DNA of 64,000 bases from Dehalococcoidia bacterium (lineage in GTDB: Bacteria; Chloroflexota; Dehalococcoidia; Lucifugimonadales; UBA2985). This document shows positions 46,537 through 54,892 of this stretch, piece after piece; the stretch's first letter is position 1; each line of letters opens with the position of its first letter. The position numbers and the translations under genes were made by a program. The DNA is taken from positions 65,670 to 129,669 of the forward strand of contig DAOUJC010000006.1 of NCBI GenBank assembly GCA_034423135.1, written 5' to 3'. Under the pieces are notes generated by a model, which saw nothing but the letters and a program-made list of their open reading frames with translations, was not told where the DNA came from and searched no databases.

Positions 46537-47796
46537 CTATTCGGAGACGCCTGACAAGGCGGACGCAGCGCCCTCCAGCGGCACCTCTCGCTGCTCGGCG
46601 TGGGACATGTCGCGGAGCACGACCACGCCGCGGCTGAGTTCGTCATCGCCAAGGATCAGCGCGTAGGGGATGTCCATGGCGTTGGCATAACGCAATTGTG
46701 CCCTCAGGCTGCGACCGGCCGGGGCGAGGATTGCTCCTATACCGACGCTCCTCAGCTCCGATGCCAGAGCCACCGCCCGATTGGTGGCCGAGTCTCCCAG
46801 GTGGACCACCACTACTCTAAGCGATTCTCGGCCGGGGACCGGCACGCCCTGCCGCTTCAGGTTGAGGATTATGCGCTCCAGGCCTGCCCCAAACCCTATG
46901 CCGGGTGTGGGCGGGCCATCCAGTTGCTCCATCAGCCCGTCGTAGCGGCCACCGCCGCAGATGTTGGTCTGCCCGCCTTCCTCCGGCGGCTGAATTTCGA
47001 AGACCGTCCTTGAGTAGTAGTCCAGGCCGCGCACCAACCGCGGTTCCACCCGGAAGGGAATGCCCAGCGCGCTCAGGTATCCCAGCAGCCGCTCCCAGTG
47101 CTCACGACTGTCCGGGCAGAGGTGCTCGTCAGTGCGCGGCGCTTCGAGAGCCATTTCGATACAGACCGGCTGCTTGCAGTCCAGCAGGCGGAGTGGATTG
47201 CGATCAAACCTCACCTTGCAGTCGTTGCAGAGGTGTTCGCTGTGGGGGGCGAAGTGTTCGCGAAGTCGCTGGAGGTAGGCCGGCCTGCTGTCGGAGTCGC
47301 CGATTGAGTTCACGAGCAGAGAGAGGTTCCTGAGGCCGAGCTCACTCATGAAGCTCCATGCCAGCTCTATGACCTCGGCGTCCACGGACGGGTCGGCGTC
47401 GCCTATGGCCTCCACCCCGAACTGGTGGTGCTGGCGGTACCGTCCTGCCTGCGGACGATCGTAGCGGAATATGGGGCAGAAGTAGAAGAGACGCACCGGC
47501 TGGGGAAGGTTGCGCATCCCATGCTCCAGGTATGCGCGACAGACGGGGGCTGTGCCCTCAGGTCGAAGGGCGATGTGGTCACCGCCGCGGTCTTCGAAGG
47601 TGTACATCTCTTTCTCGACGATGTCGGTGACCTGGCCTACGCCGCGCACGAAGAGGCCGCTGCTCTCGAACACAGGCGTGTCCAATTGGCCATAGCCGAA
47701 GCGGCGCGCGATGTCGCGTGCAACGCCTTCCACGTAGCGCCAGTAAGGCTGGTCCTGGGGCAGGATGTCCGCCGTGCCTCTTGGGGCGCGATACAA
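46537..47796 (-). CDS. hisS: histidine--tRNA ligase
   Basis: (TTG)YRAPRGTADILP...FRYDRPQAGRYRQHHQFGVE...GGGRYDGL class II motifs. GGGAGGG lies 5 nt upstream of the TTG. Confidence 0.9.
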   Translation of the reverse strand: MYRAPRGTADILPQDQPYWRYVEGVARDIARRFGYGQLDTPVFESSGLFVRGVGQVTDIVEKEMYTFEDRGGDHIALRPEGTAPVCRAYLEHGMRNLPQPVRLFYFCPIFRYDRPQAGRYRQHHQFGVEAIGDADPSVDAEVIELAWSFMSELGLRNLSLLVNSIGDSDSRPAYLQRLREHFAPHSEHLCNDCKVRFDRNPLRLLDCKQPVCIEMALEAPRTDEHLCPDSREHWERLLGYLSALGIPFRVEPRLVRGLDYYSRTVFEIQPPEEGGQTNICGGGRYDGLMEQLDGPPTPGIGFGAGLERIILNLKRQGVPVPGRESLRVVVVHLGDSATNRAVALASELRSVGIGAILAPAGRSLRAQLRYANAMDIPYALILGDDELSRGVVVLRDMSHAEQREVPLEGAASALSGVSE

Positions 47797-48051
47797 TTGA
47801 GCCCTCCCAAATGTTGAATTCGGCAGATTGAAGGATAGTGCAATAGACGGGGTTTGCCAAGGTGGAAGCCGATTGTATCTCAGTCTGAATCGGGGGCTCG
47901 AACCGAGACCTTCGTCTCAGTCACGGCGAGGGCCTTCCCGTTCGCAGAACGCAGGAACTTTAGTTGACCGTGTACTTGTCCAAGCCCAAGTGGTGTAACC
48001 GCTCCCATTTCATCCTGAACAACTGGTGAAGGGGCGGCAATACATTCACCT

Positions 48052-49338
48052 CTATCGTCTGCGTCGCCTCACCCGGCGTTGAGCTACCCGCCCAATGCGT
48101 AGGTTACCTTCGTTCTTCATGTAACCATTGGTGCGATTGCGGTCCTGAAGGGCCGAGAGCGTGTAGTAGTCTCGCTTCTCTTTGTTGCACGGAGGACAAA
48201 GCAGTGTGAGGTTATCGTAGGCGTTGCTTCCACCGTCGGATCGTGGGCGAATGTGGTCTACCTCCAGTACACGAGCGTCAAAAGTGTAGTCGGCGCCACA
48301 GCCCTGGCACAGCGGACCTATGTCCTCTACCAGCTTCCCGTGCTGGGTGCGCGGTGCCGGGTGGCGTTCCCGCGCACGTCCCAGGGGCGTCCGAAACACC
48401 ACGGCCGCCATTTCTCCAGCATCTGTCCTAGCGGGCGGTGTTGTGGAGAAGAGAACTTGAGGGTTGGCATCAACGAGCAACTGCTTGTTGGCCTCTAGCC
48501 GACTCCGTACTAAGTCAAGAGCACCCTTCCAGATGTCTATTCCGACCCACTTACGCCCAAGCCGTTCAGCCGCGATGCAAGTTGTTGCACAGCCCGCAAA
48601 TGGATCAAGAACCATGTCACCTGGGTTGCTGCTTACTTGGATGAGTCGTTCATAAAGGGCTAGGGGCTTCTGAGTAGGGTAGCCCGCGGCCTTCTTTTCT
48701 GGATCTGTAGGGCTGGTAATCTTCGGTACGTCTGTCCACCAGTCATTGATTGGCGTCCCTTCATTCCGCAGGCCTTGGTCAAAATACTTGCCCTTGATAG
48801 CTGTTCGGCCACGCTGCAGTGTACCGTCCGAGTAGTCGCGGTAGATCGTGTTAAACACGCACTCCGCCGACTTGGTATAGCGGAGCAGAGTGTCGTGCTT
48901 CCTGGGGAAGTCATGTCTAGGAACACCGCCACCTGCGTAGCACCACACTATTTCGTTCCTGAAATTCTCCCGCCCAAATATAGCGTCTAGGAGGCACTTC
49001 ACCCATGCGTGCGCAGTGTGGTCAATGTGAAGGTACAGGCTTCCATTGTCTGCAAGAACACGATGCATTTCCAGCAGCCGGACGCCCAGCCAACAGAGGA
49101 AGGCGCCCATGGCCTCACTGTGGACAGCCTTGGCGGCAGATATGACCTGCCAGACCTCCGGCTCGTCACGCTGTAGAGTTTCCAGCCACTCATCATGTAC
49201 ATCGTCCCGCCAGCGCCAGCGGTCCTGAAAGCTCGCTCCTGAGGCCAAACTGTCCGGCGTGGCGTGGAAGTCACGGCTCTTGTTGAAGGGCGGGTCAGTA
49301 GCGATGAGATCGACGGTCCCACTGTTCATGCCCCGCAA
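48052..49338 (-). CDS. second beta-class DNA methyltransferase-HNH fusion (paralog of 25464..26837), N-terminally truncated by an upstream in-frame TAA
   Basis: DLIATDPPF, GYPTQKPLALYER, VLDPFAGCATT and EVDHIRPRSDGGSNAYDNLTLLCPPCN. Homology continues in frame upstream to GTG 49395 but is interrupted by TAA at 49375-49377. Confidence 0.7.
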   Translation of the reverse strand: MRGMNSGTVDLIATDPPFNKSRDFHATPDSLASGASFQDRWRWRDDVHDEWLETLQRDEPEVWQVISAAKAVHSEAMGAFLCWLGVRLLEMHRVLADNGSLYLHIDHTAHAWVKCLLDAIFGRENFRNEIVWCYAGGGVPRHDFPRKHDTLLRYTKSAECVFNTIYRDYSDGTLQRGRTAIKGKYFDQGLRNEGTPINDWWTDVPKITSPTDPEKKAAGYPTQKPLALYERLIQVSSNPGDMVLDPFAGCATTCIAAERLGRKWVGIDIWKGALDLVRSRLEANKQLLVDANPQVLFSTTPPARTDAGEMAAVVFRTPLGRARERHPAPRTQHGKLVEDIGPLCQGCGADYTFDARVLEVDHIRPRSDGGSNAYDNLTLLCPPCNKEKRDYYTLSALQDRNRTNGYMKNEGNLRIGRVAQRRVRRRRR

Positions 49339-49620
49339 GAAGTCGAGGTTGTCTCCGTGAAAGAGTGTGCGGTTTTAGAAGTTGCGCTGGGCCACGGTGA
49401 TCCTCCTGGGCGTTAGGTGAAGCGCGTCACGCCTAGCTTGCCAAGGCAATCTACAACGGGTAGAATTGTAGCACACTGTGCCAGCGGCGCACTCAAATTC
49501 TGTGTGTGCAACAGTGGACTCGCCACCGCACACTTGGAATACAATGGGTGCAGCCATCTCCCCCAAGCCAATCGCGGTTGGGAGAACGGCGAATTCCGCC
49601 ACTTGGCGGTCGTTCACAAT

Positions 49621-49695
49621 GCGCTTGTAGCTCAGATTGGATAGAGCGCAGCCCTGCGAAGGCTGAGGCCGTGGGTTCAAGTCCCGCCAAGCGCA
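49621..49695 (+). tRNA. tRNA-Arg, anticodon GCG
   Basis: Hand-folded cloverleaf. Acceptor GCGCTTG/CAAGCGC, D arm GCTC/GAGC, anticodon stem CAGCC/GGCTG with loop CTGCGAA, T arm GTGGG-TTCAAGT-CCCGC, discriminator A. No encoded CCA. Confidence 0.85.
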
Positions 49696-49780
49696 CTATC
49701 TCCGTTCGACTGCGGTCGGGTCTGGCCGATCAACCGGCGCCCGCCGCATGGCCCGAATCGCTTCACGCTAAGGAGGAACG

Positions 49781-52066
49781 ATGACGACCACGGAGAATCG
49801 CCCCACCGACTACAAGGTCATTGGTACACGTCCCATCCGGCACGACGGCGTGGACAAGGTCACAGGTCGTGCCAAGTACGGCGCCGACATGATCATGCCC
49901 GGCCTGCTTTACGGCAAGGTGCTCCGCAGCCCTCATGCCCACGCGCGCATCCTGAGTGTGGACACGAGCCGCGCTGAGGCCCTGCCCGGCGTCAAGGCAG
50001 TGGTAACCGGACAGGATATGCCTCGCATCAGCGGCAGGGTGTCTATCGCCGGCGGCGAGGGCGGCGCCATCAACCTGGACTACTACCGCGAAATGATCCT
50101 GGCCTCCGAAAAGACGCTCTTCAAGGGCCATCCGGTCGCAGTTGTGGCCGCCGAAAGCCGGCACGTGGCTGAGGAGGCGCTCTCACTCATCGACGTCCAG
50201 TACGAGGTGCTGCCCTACGTGCTCACCGCGCCTGAGGCTATGGCGGAGGGCGCGCCTGTGATCCTGGAAGACCTGAGGACGCGTTCGATGGGCCGCGTCA
50301 CGGAAAACGTGGGAAACGTGGCCACATATGACAAGTACGCGCTCGGCGACTCGGAGGAAGGGTTCCGGAATGCGGACATAGTGGTGGAGCGCGAGTTCAC
50401 CACGTCCACCGTCCATCAGGGCTACATTGAGCCGACGAACTCCACGGTGCTCTGGAACCCCGACGACGAGGTCACCGTGTGGACCAGCAACCAAGGCCCG
50501 TTCTACGTGCGCCGCGCCACCGCCGCGCTCCTTGGCCTCTCGGAGTCCCAGGTACGGGTCATGCCAATGGAGATTGGCGGCGGGTTTGGGGGCAAGATTC
50601 TCTGCTATCTTGAGGCGCCTGCCGCGCTGCTCTCGCGCAAGACCGGCCGCCCCGTCGAGATTGTGATGAGCAGGGCGGAGGTGCTGGAGGCCACCGGGCC
50701 AACGTCCGGCTCGTACATGCGCGTGAAGATCGGCGCAACCAAGGACGGAAAGATCACCGCTGCGGAGGCGTACCTGGCCTTCGAGGCGGGAGCCTATCCA
50801 GGCTCGCCCGTTGCGGGCGCCGCCCGGTGCATGTTCTCGCCGTACGCCATCGAGAACGTCACGATCGATACCTATGACGTCATAGTCAACAAGCCTAAGA
50901 CAGGCGCGTACCGGGCGCCGGGTGCGACGCACGGCTCCTTCGCCGTCGAGACCATCGTAGACGAGATATGCCGCTCGCTCGACATCGACCCGATGGAGTT
51001 CAGGATCCGAAACGCCTCCGCAGAAGGAGACCGCCGGTCCGACGGCGTCGTGCACCCACGCGTTGGGAACCTGGAGACCCTGCATGAGGTCGTCGCCAGC
51101 GACCACTGGAACACGCCGCTTGAAGGCCCGAACCGAGGGCGGGGTATCGCGAGCGGCTACTGGGGCAATGGCGGGCTGGAGTCCAGCGCCACGCTGAGCG
51201 TCAACTCCGACGGCAGCGTGAGCCAGGTTACCGGCTCCGTGGACATCGGCGGTACGCGGGCCTCCACGGCCATGCACGCTGCGGAGGTGCTGGGCATCCG
51301 CGCGGAGGACGTGCACCCCATCGTCGGCGATACGGGCGCCATCGGCTACACCGCCGTCACCGGCGGCAGCCGCACCGCCTTCGCGACCGGCTGGGCCACC
51401 TACGAGGCGGCGCATGACGTGGTCAGGAAGATGAAGGAGCGCGCCGCCCTGATCTGGGAAACCTCGGCTGAGCAAGTCGACTTTGCCGATGGCGCATTCA
51501 GTCACAGGGCGAACCCGGAGCAACAGATGACGTTCAAGGAGCTGGCGGCGAGGCTCATGGACACGGGCGGCCCGGAGATTGGCAGCGCCACAGTCAGCCC
51601 CAAGGGCGTGGGCCCGTCCTTCTCAACCCACCTGGTTGACGTGGAGGTGGACCCGGAGACGGGCAAGGTGGACATTCTGCGCTACACGACCTTCACCGAC
51701 GTGGGCAAGGCCATTCACCCAAGCTACGTGGAGGGCCAGATTCAGGGCGGCGTCGTGCAGGGCATAGGCTGGGCTCTCAATGAGGAGTACTACTACGACG
51801 CAGTCGGGCGGATGGCGAACTCCAGCCTGCTGGACTACCGGATGCCCACCTCGCTTGACCTGCCGATGATCGATGCGGTGCTGGTTGAGGTGCCGAATCC
51901 CGGCCATCCGTACGGCGCCCGTGGTGTCGGTGAGATTCCGCTGGTGCCGCCCGTGGCCGCCATTGCGAACGCCATCTACGACGCCGTAGGCGTGCGGATG
52001 CAGCAGACTCCAATGTCGCCCGGCCGCGTCCTGGAGGCACTCTGGGACAGCGAGCGGGAGGCCTAG
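49781..52066 (+). CDS. xanthine dehydrogenase/aldehyde oxidase family molybdopterin-binding large subunit
   Basis: AAGGAGG RBS. 761 aa containing KVTGRAKYGADM, GGGFGGK and ...GVGEIPLVP.. motifs. No FeS or FAD subunit genes lie adjacent. Confidence 0.85.
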   Translation: MTTTENRPTDYKVIGTRPIRHDGVDKVTGRAKYGADMIMPGLLYGKVLRSPHAHARILSVDTSRAEALPGVKAVVTGQDMPRISGRVSIAGGEGGAINLDYYREMILASEKTLFKGHPVAVVAAESRHVAEEALSLIDVQYEVLPYVLTAPEAMAEGAPVILEDLRTRSMGRVTENVGNVATYDKYALGDSEEGFRNADIVVEREFTTSTVHQGYIEPTNSTVLWNPDDEVTVWTSNQGPFYVRRATAALLGLSESQVRVMPMEIGGGFGGKILCYLEAPAALLSRKTGRPVEIVMSRAEVLEATGPTSGSYMRVKIGATKDGKITAAEAYLAFEAGAYPGSPVAGAARCMFSPYAIENVTIDTYDVIVNKPKTGAYRAPGATHGSFAVETIVDEICRSLDIDPMEFRIRNASAEGDRRSDGVVHPRVGNLETLHEVVASDHWNTPLEGPNRGRGIASGYWGNGGLESSATLSVNSDGSVSQVTGSVDIGGTRASTAMHAAEVLGIRAEDVHPIVGDTGAIGYTAVTGGSRTAFATGWATYEAAHDVVRKMKERAALIWETSAEQVDFADGAFSHRANPEQQMTFKELAARLMDTGGPEIGSATVSPKGVGPSFSTHLVDVEVDPETGKVDILRYTTFTDVGKAIHPSYVEGQIQGGVVQGIGWALNEEYYYDAVGRMANSSLLDYRMPTSLDLPMIDAVLVEVPNPGHPYGARGVGEIPLVPPVAAIANAIYDAVGVRMQQTPMSPGRVLEALWDSEREA

Positions 52067-52176
52067 GGCAACTCAGCTACTCGGCACTTGCTGCTGCTCG
52101 TACATCAAGTACGGAATGTTGACGGCTCAAAACGAAACGCGTGACTCGGAGCTCCCTCAGCAACAGGAGGAATGAG

Positions 52177-54876
52177 ATGGTACAGGTACAGGCGGAGAGG
52201 GCCACCAGGCCGCAGTCCTTGGCGGGCATACGTGTGCTGGACTTCACTTGGGTGCGCGCTGGCCCGTGGGGTTGCCGGTGGCTGGGAACGCTCGGCGCGG
52301 AGGTCATCAAGATCGAGTGGCCGCAGAACCCGGACATGATTCGCAATCCCGGTCTCATGAGCCTGCCTGGCATTGAGCCGAGCCTCAACTCCAACTACAT
52401 GTTCAACGACACGAACGCCAACAAGATGGGCGTGACGCTCAACGTACGCTCGGAGAAGGGCATGGGCTTGCTCAAGCGGCTAATCGAAGTCTCGGACGTC
52501 ATCGTCGAGAACTACAGCTCCCGCGTGCTGCAGAGCTGGGGCCTCCCATTCGAGGAGCTGAACAAGATCAAGCCCGGCATAATCTACGTCTCGCAGGCCG
52601 GTTTCGGCCACACGGGGCGAAATCACACCTACCAGACGATGGGCCCCGTCGCTCAGGCATTGTCCGGCATGACCCACCTCTCAGGGCTGCCGGGCGAGGA
52701 GCCGTCAGGCTGGGGCTGGTCGTACCTGGACGATACGGGCGGCATGTACACCGCAATGGGCGCGCTGACCGCTCTCAACCATCGCAACATGACCGGTCAG
52801 GGGCAGCACGTCGACCTTTCACAGATGATCATTGGCATACCGCTCAACGGCCCGGCGCTGCTTGACCTCACGATCAACGGCAGGAGCGTGCGGCGTGAGG
52901 GTTTCCCGCCCGGCAACCGCGCCCACTGGCCCGGCACGCCTCTGGTGCACAACTACCGCGGCCCCGTCGTCGCGCCGCACAACGCCTATCGAACAAAGGG
53001 CGGCGGCTATTACGACTGGTGTACCATCGCATGCTTCTCCGACGCCGAGTGGTGCAGCCTGGTAGAGGTGATGGGCTCGCCCGAGTGGGCCTGCTCGGAG
53101 CGGTTCGCCACGCTGCGAGGCCGCCTGGAGAATCAGGAGGAGCTTGACCAGCTCATCGAGTCCTGGACGCTGACGGTTGAGCGATACGAGATCATGGAGC
53201 GCTGCCAGGCTGCCGGGGTCCGCTCCATGCCCGTGCAGAGCAACAGGGACCGGGTGGCCAACGACCCTCAGCTGCGTCACCGAGAGATGTACAAGGAGAT
53301 GGAGCATCCCCTGCTCGGCACGCACCTCTTCCAGAACGCACCCTTCAAGATGTCGGATTCGCCTGCCTTCAACCACAGGCCGGCGCCGATGATCGGCCAG
53401 CACAACCGGCTGGTCTTCGAGGGCCTGCTGGGGATGTCACACGAGGAGCTGGTAGAGTGCTACGAGGACGGCACGTTCTGGCCCACCTCAGTGGACCGCT
53501 ACCCATACGTGGATGAGCTGATTCAGGCGGGCCAGGTGACCCCTGAGGAGTCGGCGGAGCTGGCCGAGACCAGGCCCCTCCACGATGCGGACGGTTCGCG
53601 GAGGAATGGTGCTGAGACTGTTGATCACGGCCCACTGCACGGCCTTCGCGTGCTGGAGCTCTCGGACGAGAAGGCGCAGTGGGCGGGCAAGCTAATGGCC
53701 GACTTCGGCGCGGACGTCATCAAGATCGAGCCGCCCGGAGGCCAGTCTACGCGCACCGTCGGCCCGTTCTACCAGGACCTGCCTGACCGCGAGCGCAGCC
53801 TCTACTTCTGGCACTACAACACGTCCAAGCGCGGCATTACTCTGGACCTGGAGTCAGAGGACGGCCGGGGCCTGTTCCGCAGGCTGGCGGCGGGCGCGGA
53901 CGTGATTCTGGAGACGTTCAAGCCTGGCTATCTGCCCTCGCTCGGCCTGGGGTATGACGACCTGAAGGATGACAACCCCGGCCTGATCATGTGCTCGCTG
54001 ACGCCGTTCGGTCAGAGCGGCCCGTGGAGCCAGTTCGCAACGAGCGACCTCATCCAGCTGTCGGCCGGCGGCCAGATGGGCTGCTGCGGCTACAACGAGG
54101 AGGACGTGGATGATCCTCCGCCCATCGCAGGCGGCGGAGGACAGTCGTGGCACATGGGCAGCCACTACGCCTACATCGCCATGATGGCGGCGCTCAATCA
54201 GCGGGCAGTCACTGGACGCGGCCAGTACATCGACTCTGCCGTTCACGACGCCTGCGCTCTCACCACCGAGATGCACGTGCTCACGTACATCTACACCGGC
54301 GAGGAGGTCCGCCGCAACACCGGCAGGCACGCCTCGTCGCCCACAGGCTTCTCACAGCCCAAGAGCCAGCTGCGGTGCAGCGACGGCAAGTACGTGAACG
54401 CGTCGCTGCCTCCGCTGCGCCTGACGCCGGCGCAGGTGAAGACGCTTGCGGAGTGGATGGACAGCTACGGCATGGCCGGCGACCTGATGGACGAGAAGTA
54501 CCAGAACCCGGAGGTCATCCGTGAGAACGGCGCGCACATCCACGGCCTTTTCGTGAAGTTCGTGGGGAGCCGGACGCAGGACGAGGTGTACCACGGCGGA
54601 CAGGAGCGGGGCTTCACGTGGGGCGCAATTCGAGCGCCGGACGACCTGGTGGAAGACGGCCACCTGAACGACCGCGGCTTCTGGACGCCGGTTGAGCACC
54701 CGGAGCTTGGCGCGACCTTCACGTATCCCGGCCCTGCGGGCATCTACAACGGCTCGCCGTGGCGCATCTCCCGGAGGGCGCCGCTGATCGGCGAGCACAA
54801 CGCCGAGGTGCTCTGCGGAGAACTGGGCCTGAGCAAGGCGGAGCTGTCGGTACTGGCAGAGAGCGGAGTGGTTTAA
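52177..54876 (+). CDS. tandem-fused family III (CaiB/BaiF) CoA-transferase, paralog of 4110..6776
   Basis: Start placed at ATG 52177, 6 nt after AGGAGG. Same two-module architecture. Long identical runs with the first copy, for example RVLDFTWVRAGPW, SLYFWHYNTSKRGITLDLE and NGSPWRISRRAP. Confidence 0.85.
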   Translation: MVQVQAERATRPQSLAGIRVLDFTWVRAGPWGCRWLGTLGAEVIKIEWPQNPDMIRNPGLMSLPGIEPSLNSNYMFNDTNANKMGVTLNVRSEKGMGLLKRLIEVSDVIVENYSSRVLQSWGLPFEELNKIKPGIIYVSQAGFGHTGRNHTYQTMGPVAQALSGMTHLSGLPGEEPSGWGWSYLDDTGGMYTAMGALTALNHRNMTGQGQHVDLSQMIIGIPLNGPALLDLTINGRSVRREGFPPGNRAHWPGTPLVHNYRGPVVAPHNAYRTKGGGYYDWCTIACFSDAEWCSLVEVMGSPEWACSERFATLRGRLENQEELDQLIESWTLTVERYEIMERCQAAGVRSMPVQSNRDRVANDPQLRHREMYKEMEHPLLGTHLFQNAPFKMSDSPAFNHRPAPMIGQHNRLVFEGLLGMSHEELVECYEDGTFWPTSVDRYPYVDELIQAGQVTPEESAELAETRPLHDADGSRRNGAETVDHGPLHGLRVLELSDEKAQWAGKLMADFGADVIKIEPPGGQSTRTVGPFYQDLPDRERSLYFWHYNTSKRGITLDLESEDGRGLFRRLAAGADVILETFKPGYLPSLGLGYDDLKDDNPGLIMCSLTPFGQSGPWSQFATSDLIQLSAGGQMGCCGYNEEDVDDPPPIAGGGGQSWHMGSHYAYIAMMAALNQRAVTGRGQYIDSAVHDACALTTEMHVLTYIYTGEEVRRNTGRHASSPTGFSQPKSQLRCSDGKYVNASLPPLRLTPAQVKTLAEWMDSYGMAGDLMDEKYQNPEVIRENGAHIHGLFVKFVGSRTQDEVYHGGQERGFTWGAIRAPDDLVEDGHLNDRGFWTPVEHPELGATFTYPGPAGIYNGSPWRISRRAPLIGEHNAEVLCGELGLSKAELSVLAESGVV

Positions 54877-54892
54877 ATCGGAGACACGTAAC

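Noticed and set aside
47880-47945. tRNA-like fragment on the minus strand (GGTCTCGGTTCGAGCCCCCGA, with a T-loop-like TTCGAGC) in the hisS upstream region. It could be an att-site remnant.
   Set aside because: I could not draw a 5-bp T stem (at best 4 bp with an oversized loop), an acceptor stem or an anticodon arm. It shares no sequence with the 3' end of the nearby tRNA-Arg. I treat it as unexplained structured DNA only.
48003-48024. Tiny ORF MKWERLHHLGLDKYTVN* downstream of the second MTase-HNH gene, reminiscent of the MKWEY start of DUF4177 proteins. It could be a remnant of a lost partner gene.
   Set aside because: It is only 17 codons, has no RBS, and its similarity rests on 4-5 residues. 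This cannot be distinguished from chance.
47797-48051. Possible T-box leader upstream of hisS.
   Set aside because: No convincing T-box sequence (GGGTGGTACCGCG-like) or specifier-loop architecture was found. The closest string, AAATGGGAGCGGTTACACCAC, needs several insertions to align.
49375-49680. 101-aa minus-strand ORF overlapping the tRNA-Arg gene.
   Set aside because: It overlaps a well-folded tRNA on the opposite strand. Its C-terminal six residues are simply the decapitated start of the MTase-HNH gene (…AQRNF*), and the rest has no coding signature.
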